Source: Alphaproteobacteria bacterium (lineage in GTDB: Bacteria; Pseudomonadota; Alphaproteobacteria; SP197). From it: a DNA stretch of 64,000 bases. Every line of letters starts with the position of its first letter. The first letter of the stretch is position 1. Positions 58,356 to 64,000 of the stretch are shown piece by piece. The notes under the pieces were generated by a model that was not told the DNA's origin, ran no database searches, and worked only from the letters and a program-made list of their open reading frames with translations. The stretch covers positions 448,001 to 512,000 of the forward strand of contig OZ219917.1 of the NCBI GenBank assembly GCA_964291415.2, in the 5' to 3' direction. The position numbers and the translations under genes are program-made.

Positions 58356-59186
58356 TCACTTGCGCACGCTGTAGACGTAGACGAACCAGTAGACGAGACC
58401 GACAAGGACACCGCCTCCGACAATGTTCCCGAGAATCACCGGCACGAGATTGTTGATGGCGCCCGAGACACTGACAGCCGCGTCGGCAGTGCCCAGATCA
58501 TTGATCAGCAGTGCAAGCGTGAAGAAGTAGATGTTGGCGATGGAATGCTCGAAACCGGCGGCAACGAACGTGGCAACGGGAAGCAGAATGGCGAGGATCT
58601 TGTCCGTCGTCGACGCGGCGCCGTAGCAAAGATAGACCGCCAGGCACACCAGGGCATTGCACAGCACGCCGAGGAAGAAGGCCTGCATGAAGGGAAGTTC
58701 GGCCTTGGCTGCGGCGATACGCACGGCGACGCGGCCGGCCTCGCCGTTGTCGAGATGGTGGTGTCCGGCGAGGAACACCAGCACGGCAACCGCCACGGCT
58801 CCGATCGTGTTCCCGACGAAGACGAAGCTCCACGCCCGCAACAGAGTGCGGAGTTTCATGCGGCCGCTTGCGATCGACATGATCATCAGCACGTTGCCGG
58901 TAAAGAGCTCCACGCCTCCCAGGACAACCAGAATCAGCCCCAGGGTGAAACCGAGCCCGCCTGCCATGCGCATGAGGCCGAATGGAACGGGGTCGAGTCC
59001 TGTCCATATGGTGATGGCGGCCATGGCGCCCAGGCCGATGAAGGCGCCCCCCATGATGGCAAGGACAACGAGACGGGCAGGCGCCATGCGCGCCTTCATG
59101 AGGCCCACGTCCTCGGCCTTCATGGCAACGTCCTTCGGCAGAAGGATGGTCTCGTTGCCGAGACCCCCGCCTGTTCGGGCCATCAC
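58356..59186 (-). CDS. Formate/nitrite transporter (FNT) family channel
   Basis: ELFTGN, GNTIG, CNALVCLAV, GFEHSIAN, GNIVGG. Confidence 0.93.
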   Translation of the reverse strand: MMARTGGGLGNETILLPKDVAMKAEDVGLMKARMAPARLVVLAIMGGAFIGLGAMAAITIWTGLDPVPFGLMRMAGGLGFTLGLILVVLGGVELFTGNVLMIMSIASGRMKLRTLLRAWSFVFVGNTIGAVAVAVLVFLAGHHHLDNGEAGRVAVRIAAAKAELPFMQAFFLGVLCNALVCLAVYLCYGAASTTDKILAILLPVATFVAAGFEHSIANIYFFTLALLINDLGTADAAVSVSGAINNLVPVILGNIVGGGVLVGLVYWFVYVYSVRK

Positions 59187-59290
59187 TCCCGCTCCGGTGC
59201 CTGTTCGTCTATATTGTGTCCGACCAGTTCCGTATGCAACAGACCGGCGCTAGACAGCCGCCCCTACCTCGATCGACAACGGACGACAGG

Positions 59291-60103
59291 ATGCAGAACC
59301 GAAGCCGAGACGTTCAGACTGCCGGTGCTGTCCACGAGCACCTCGACCTCGGACGCTATCCCCTTGATCAACCCCGGCGCTGCCAGTCTCTGATCGACCG
59401 GTGTCGCGAGGAACTGGCGACGCTGGGACTGTGCAGCCTGCCGGGATTCGTCAGGCCGGCGACGATCACCAGAGCGGCGGAGGAACTCCTGCCCCTCGTG
59501 CGCGAGCAGTCCTTCTATCATTCCCGGCGCCACAACATCTACTTCACGGACACACCCCCATCCGTTGCCCCTGACCACCCGGCGCTGGCACTCCAGGAGA
59601 CCTCCGGCCGGACGGTGTGCGATGACCAGATCACCTGGAGTTTCATCCATGATCTCTACGAGTGGCCGCCACTCAGGGACTTCCTGGCCCGGATCATGGG
59701 AAAGCCCCGCCTTCATCTCATGGAAGACCCGCTCGCCAGGGTCAATGTCATGGGTTACCGGGCGGGCGAGGGTCTGGGATGGCATTTCGACCGCTCGGAG
59801 TTCACCACCACCCTTCTCATCCAGGCACCGCAGGACGGCGGACACCTCGAGTACCGGCCGGGTCTTGCCCAGGACGATCTCGAAGGCATAGCCAGCCTTC
59901 TCGGAGGCACGGATGCGGCAAAGCACATGCATGTGCAGCAGGCGGGGACCCTCTCTGTCTTCCGGGGCCGGAACACGGCCCATCGCGTGACACCGGTGGT
60001 CGGCGAGATCGATCGCCTGATTGCCGTCTTCTCCTACTTTGATCGTCCTGGCGTCCTGTTCAGCACCGAAGAGCGCCAGGGCTTCTACGGGCGGGCAGCC
60101 TGA
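59291..60103 (+). CDS. 2OG-Fe(II) oxygenase (ArpA/HalD-BesD-like fold, HxD hydroxylase type)
   Basis: WHFDRSEF, GTLSVFRG, AHRVTPV..R; start uncertain (59216-59291). Confidence 0.78.
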   Translation: MQNRSRDVQTAGAVHEHLDLGRYPLDQPRRCQSLIDRCREELATLGLCSLPGFVRPATITRAAEELLPLVREQSFYHSRRHNIYFTDTPPSVAPDHPALALQETSGRTVCDDQITWSFIHDLYEWPPLRDFLARIMGKPRLHLMEDPLARVNVMGYRAGEGLGWHFDRSEFTTTLLIQAPQDGGHLEYRPGLAQDDLEGIASLLGGTDAAKHMHVQQAGTLSVFRGRNTAHRVTPVVGEIDRLIAVFSYFDRPGVLFSTEERQGFYGRAA

Positions 60104-61026
60104 TGCAGGGTTTTGTCGCCGTCAGGGACATCTGCTCCTTCAGCGAGGTCCGCGCACTCTCCAGGCGTTCGGATGTCAAGGGTCTGCTCCAGCTTGCCTC
60201 CCACCTTGGCGCGATCGCCGCCGCCTCAGGCCTGGTCTGGCTGGCATCGGGGACGTGGTGGCTCCTGGTTCCGGCCCAGGTCGTCCTCGGCATCCTGCTC
60301 ACCTTTCTCTTCTGTCCTCTCCACGAGACCATTCACCGCACGGCCTTTCGCTCGCGATGGCTCAACGACGCGGTGGCCTGGATCACCGGGTTCGTCGTCT
60401 TCCTGCCCTCGACCTGGTTCCGGTACTTTCACTTCGAACATCATCGCTTCACGCACATCGAGGGTGCCGATCCAGAACTCGACACGCCGAAGCCGGCGAC
60501 GCGCCTTTCCTTCCTTTTCTATCTGTCCGGCCTCGAGTCCTTCTGGTGGAATGCCTTGAAGACCCTGGCGCGCCATGCGTGTGGCCGGGTGACGGACCGC
60601 TTCGTGCCCGATGATGCGGCTCGCCGGGCCTGCATCCTCCAGGCGCGCCTCTATCTTGCGGGTTACATCGCGATCCTCGCCGCAGCCGTCTGGGCGACCG
60701 ATCCGGCGCCGCTTCTCTACTGGATCATTCCCCTGGCCCTTTCGGCCTGGTCACTCAGGCTCTACCTCATGGCCGAGCACACGCTGCTTGCCCTCGACGC
60801 CAACATGCTCGACAACACACGCACCATGAGGACCAACGCCGCGGTGCGCTGGCTCGCCTGGCAGATGCCCTATCACACCGAGCACCACGTCTTCCCGTCC
60901 ATTCCCTTCCACGCCCTTCACGAGGCTTTCGACCGCATCGCCCCGCGCCACGGCCATGTCATTGCGGGCTACCTGGCCTTTGCGCGCCAGTACTGGGCGA
61001 GCGTCTCACCGGAGCGCCGGCGATGA
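60103..61026 (+). CDS. Fatty-acid-desaturase-family membrane di-iron enzyme (MocD-like)
   Basis: His boxes HETIH, HFEHH, HTEHH; TM segments. Confidence 0.88.
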   Translation: MQGFVAVRDICSFSEVRALSRRSDVKGLLQLASHLGAIAAASGLVWLASGTWWLLVPAQVVLGILLTFLFCPLHETIHRTAFRSRWLNDAVAWITGFVVFLPSTWFRYFHFEHHRFTHIEGADPELDTPKPATRLSFLFYLSGLESFWWNALKTLARHACGRVTDRFVPDDAARRACILQARLYLAGYIAILAAAVWATDPAPLLYWIIPLALSAWSLRLYLMAEHTLLALDANMLDNTRTMRTNAAVRWLAWQMPYHTEHHVFPSIPFHALHEAFDRIAPRHGHVIAGYLAFARQYWASVSPERRR

Positions 61027-62501
61027 CCTTTCGCGTGCTGACGGCCCAGTTCATGCACGAGACCAACACCTTTGCCTGCCTTGCCACCGACCTTGCCGCC
61101 TTCGAACGTCTGGTGCTGGCCCGTGGCACCGACGAGATCGCGTCGCGTCTCGAGAACACCAATACCGAGACCGCAGGCTACATGGATGCTGCCCGGGACC
61201 ACGGCTGGGAGCTCGTCTTCACCGTTGCCGCCATGGCCAATCCGCTGGGCAGGGTGACGGACGACGCCTTCGAACACGTTGTCGGCCTCATCACCGAAGG
61301 CCTGAAGCAGTCACGGCCCGTCGATGGCATCGCTCTGGCCCTTCACGGCGCCATGGTCAGCGACGCCCATGAGGATGCCGAGGGCGAAGTGGTCCGCCGC
61401 CTGCGCGAGATCACGCACGTTCCCATCTGCTGCACGCTCGATCTCCACGCGAACGTGGCCCCGGCATTCGCTGAACGGGTGGACATTCTCTGCAGCTATC
61501 TCACCTATCCCCACATCGACATGAGAGCGCGGGCGCGACGGGCCGGCGACCTCCTGCACCGGGCGATGACGGGTGACATCGCGCCACGGGTCTTCTTCAG
61601 CCGGCGTGCCATGCTCCAGGGCGCCGATGGCGGGCGCACCGATGTCGAGCCGATGATTGCGCTCCAGGCCAAGGCTGCCCGGCTCATGGCGAGCGATGCG
61701 AGAGTCCTCGACATCTCCATCAATGCCGGGTTCAGCCAGGCCGACATCCATGATGTCGGGCCGAGCGTGACGGTGACTGGTGACGGTGACGACCCGGTGT
61801 TCCAGGAGATGGCGGACGATCTCATGGCGGACATCTGGGAGACCCGGGACGTCGTCAACAACCGCTACCTTGACGTCGCGGAGGCCGCCGACATTGCCCG
61901 GCGCTTCAATCACACGGGCAAGCCGCTCGTCATTGCCGACTATGCCGACAACCCGGGCGCCGGCGCCTACGGTGATGCGACGAATCTGCTGAAGGCCATG
62001 CTCGACGCCGGCCTGGATGAGGCCTGCTTCGGCGCCCTCCACGATCCAGCCGCCGCCGCAACGCTTGTGGCGGCCGGTGCCGGTGCTCTCATGACCCTGC
62101 CGCTCGGCGGCAAGACCGACCCCTCCTTCGGTGGTCCGCCGCTCGATCTCTCCGGCGAGGTGGTCGCAACGAGCGATGGTGTCACGGTCCTTGACGGCCC
62201 GATGTTTGCAGGCATGACCAAGAGCTTCGGGCCGACGGCAGTGTTCCGCACCGGCGACATCGACGTGCTGGTGGTCTCCAATCTCATGCAGATCATCGAT
62301 CTCCAGCAGTTCCTCGCCCATGGCATCGATCCCCGCAGGAAGAAGACGGTTGCCCTGAAGTCCATGCAGCACTTCAGGGCGGCCTACGAGCCCATGGCCG
62401 AGAGGGTGATCGTCTGCGATTCGGGCGCCCTGGCGACGCCGGATCTCTCGCGCTTCACCTATCGCCACGTCCGCCGTCCGCTCTACCCTCTCGACCCATG
62501 A
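61023..62501 (+). CDS. M81/MlrC-family metallopeptidase
   Basis: HETNTF, LHGAM, DLHAN, YPHID, DNPGAG, KSMQHFRA. Confidence 0.92.
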   Translation: MTFRVLTAQFMHETNTFACLATDLAAFERLVLARGTDEIASRLENTNTETAGYMDAARDHGWELVFTVAAMANPLGRVTDDAFEHVVGLITEGLKQSRPVDGIALALHGAMVSDAHEDAEGEVVRRLREITHVPICCTLDLHANVAPAFAERVDILCSYLTYPHIDMRARARRAGDLLHRAMTGDIAPRVFFSRRAMLQGADGGRTDVEPMIALQAKAARLMASDARVLDISINAGFSQADIHDVGPSVTVTGDGDDPVFQEMADDLMADIWETRDVVNNRYLDVAEAADIARRFNHTGKPLVIADYADNPGAGAYGDATNLLKAMLDAGLDEACFGALHDPAAAATLVAAGAGALMTLPLGGKTDPSFGGPPLDLSGEVVATSDGVTVLDGPMFAGMTKSFGPTAVFRTGDIDVLVVSNLMQIIDLQQFLAHGIDPRRKKTVALKSMQHFRAAYEPMAERVIVCDSGALATPDLSRFTYRHVRRPLYPLDP

Positions 62502-63172
62502 GCGAACGTTTCGAAATTACCCGCGAAACCCTGATGGATGACCGGGTCTCACCTCCCATGCAGAAAGCGGTCGATGCGGGCCTCGTCACGCCCACGCCGG
62601 AAGACGAGCGGGAGCAAAACAGGCGGGACCACCTTCGCCGCCATCCCCGATCCGAAGACCTCTACGTCTTCGGTTTCGGCTCGCTGATGTGGAATCCCGC
62701 CTTCGAGGTCGCCGGCTCGCATCCGGCCCTGGTAAGGGGCTGGCACCGGCGCTTCAGTCTGTGGCTCGCCATCGGCAGGGGAACACCCGACTTTCCGGGT
62801 CTCTCGCTCGGTCTCGAGCCGGGCGGTTCGGTCAGGGGCATCGCGTTGCGCATCGCTGCCGACAGGATCGACAGCGAGACCCGCCTCCTGTGGCGCCGCG
62901 AGATGTTCGCCGGCGCCTACCGTCCGATCTGGGTCATGGCAGATCTCGGGGATCGCGTGGTGCCGGCCACCAGCTTTGCCATCAACCGTGCCTACGAGCG
63001 CTACGGGCACGCCATCCCCCTTGCCGTCCAGGCGCGCCACATCGCCCTCGCCGAAGGTCCGCTCGGCCCCTGCATCGATTATCTCGAGAACACCGTCCGC
63101 ATTCTCAACGCCATCGGCCAGACCTCCGGCTCCATGCACACGCTTCTCGACGCCGCCCGCGCATTGCGATGA
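62498..63172 (+). CDS. ChaC-family gamma-glutamylcyclotransferase
   Basis: VFGFGSLMWNP, GRGTPDFPGL, WRREM. Confidence 0.9.
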   Translation: MSERFEITRETLMDDRVSPPMQKAVDAGLVTPTPEDEREQNRRDHLRRHPRSEDLYVFGFGSLMWNPAFEVAGSHPALVRGWHRRFSLWLAIGRGTPDFPGLSLGLEPGGSVRGIALRIAADRIDSETRLLWRREMFAGAYRPIWVMADLGDRVVPATSFAINRAYERYGHAIPLAVQARHIALAEGPLGPCIDYLENTVRILNAIGQTSGSMHTLLDAARALR

Positions 63173-63554
63173 CGGCACACGGCGAATTCGATCGCAGCAC
63201 CACATCCAGAAGCACGCCCAGACCACGTTCGCGCCCTCGGTGTCCGCATGCACGTGGGCCGCGTGCCGGCTCGGAGACAAGGGACTGCGACAGCCGTGCC
63301 CGGGCGACAAGCTTGGTCATGCGTTCCACGACATGGTGCGGGGTTCCACCTGAATGGCGGACCGGGCGTTGCCGGCCGGTATTCGCCGTCTGCGTGCCTG
63401 CCCTCCCGGCCAGCGATGAAGGCTGAGCAAATGCGCTGCTGCGGCGAGGACGGCACCGTCTCCTGTCGGGGGACGGATCAGTCTTTGCAAAGTGTGTTCA
63501 TGGGCCTTTCCGTCACGTAGTGTTGGTCGTGCGAAATGCAGGGGAGGTGCCGGG

Positions 63555-63962
63555 ATGCGGGGATCGTGTCAGTGCGGGGCGGTGAGATACGAGGTGACCG
63601 GCAAGGTGGATCATGTGAGCCACTGTCACTGCTCGATGTGCCGGAAACTGCATGGAGCGCTCTTCGTGAGCTTCGGTGGCGTTGCCCGCGACGACCTGAA
63701 GATTGAGGGCGGGGAGTTCCTGCGCGAGTACCGCAGTTCGGACGCGATCAGCCGCCGGTTCTGCGCGACCTGCGGCGGACAGGTGTTCGCCGAGACCCCC
63801 GGAGACGGCGACACGGTTTTCCTGTGCCTTGGCAACCTCGATCAGGGCGAGACGCCGGACCACGATCAGGCAAGCGAACGGCACATCTTCTGGGAATCGC
63901 GGGTGACCTGGCATGATCCTGGCGATGGCGCGGCGCGTGTCGAGGGCTACGGGGAGGCGTGA
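63555..63962 (+). CDS. GFA (CENP-V) family protein
   Basis: GSCQCGAVRY, HCHCSMCRK, FCATCG. Confidence 0.9.
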   Translation: MRGSCQCGAVRYEVTGKVDHVSHCHCSMCRKLHGALFVSFGGVARDDLKIEGGEFLREYRSSDAISRRFCATCGGQVFAETPGDGDTVFLCLGNLDQGETPDHDQASERHIFWESRVTWHDPGDGAARVEGYGEA

Positions 63963-63964
63963 CG

Positions 63965-64000
63965 ATGACGACGGGAGGATGCCTGTGCGGCGCCGTGCGC
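63965..64000 (+). CDS. Second GFA-family protein, cut by the window edge
   Basis: MTTGGCLCGAVR. Confidence 0.7.
   Translation, partial: MTTGGCLCGAVR

Noticed and set aside
59291-60103. Radical halogenase (BesD-like) or alkyne pathway
   Set aside because: The facial triad retains Asp (HFD), and there are no BesB/BesC-like genes in the window

Overview
High-GC alphaproteobacterial chromosomal window, probably outside the Rhizobiales/Rhodobacterales/Caulobacterales clade. It is mostly core genes: PBP1A-gyrB-recF-dnaN-dnaA-rpsT-mutM, ubiE-coaBC-moeB-cobHLI-cbiG/cobJ-cobM, leuA-pmbA-msbA-waaA-lpxK-htrB, rplM-rpsI, glnB-glnA, tRNA-His and parE. Two small accessory islets are embedded. (i) An esterase, a PIN toxin and a tandem-DUF7662 partner sit between the PBP1A 3' end and an eroded second copy of that 3' end, which looks like an integration scar. 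(ii) A coupled GIY-YIG/DUF4357 nuclease - HTH/ImmA peptidase - DUF4411 PIN-like operon is a candidate defence system, and its last gene is split by a 65-bp insert. Other points of interest are a HAL-fold lyase lacking the MIO motif, a NaChBac-type Na+ channel, a coupled 2OG-oxygenase/desaturase/MlrC/ChaC operon in a C1/demethylation-like neighbourhood, a candidate leuA leader peptide, candidate Pho and LexA boxes, and repeated in-situ gene erosion (dut, cobM, phnX). All calls are by eye from motifs and gene order; no searches were run.
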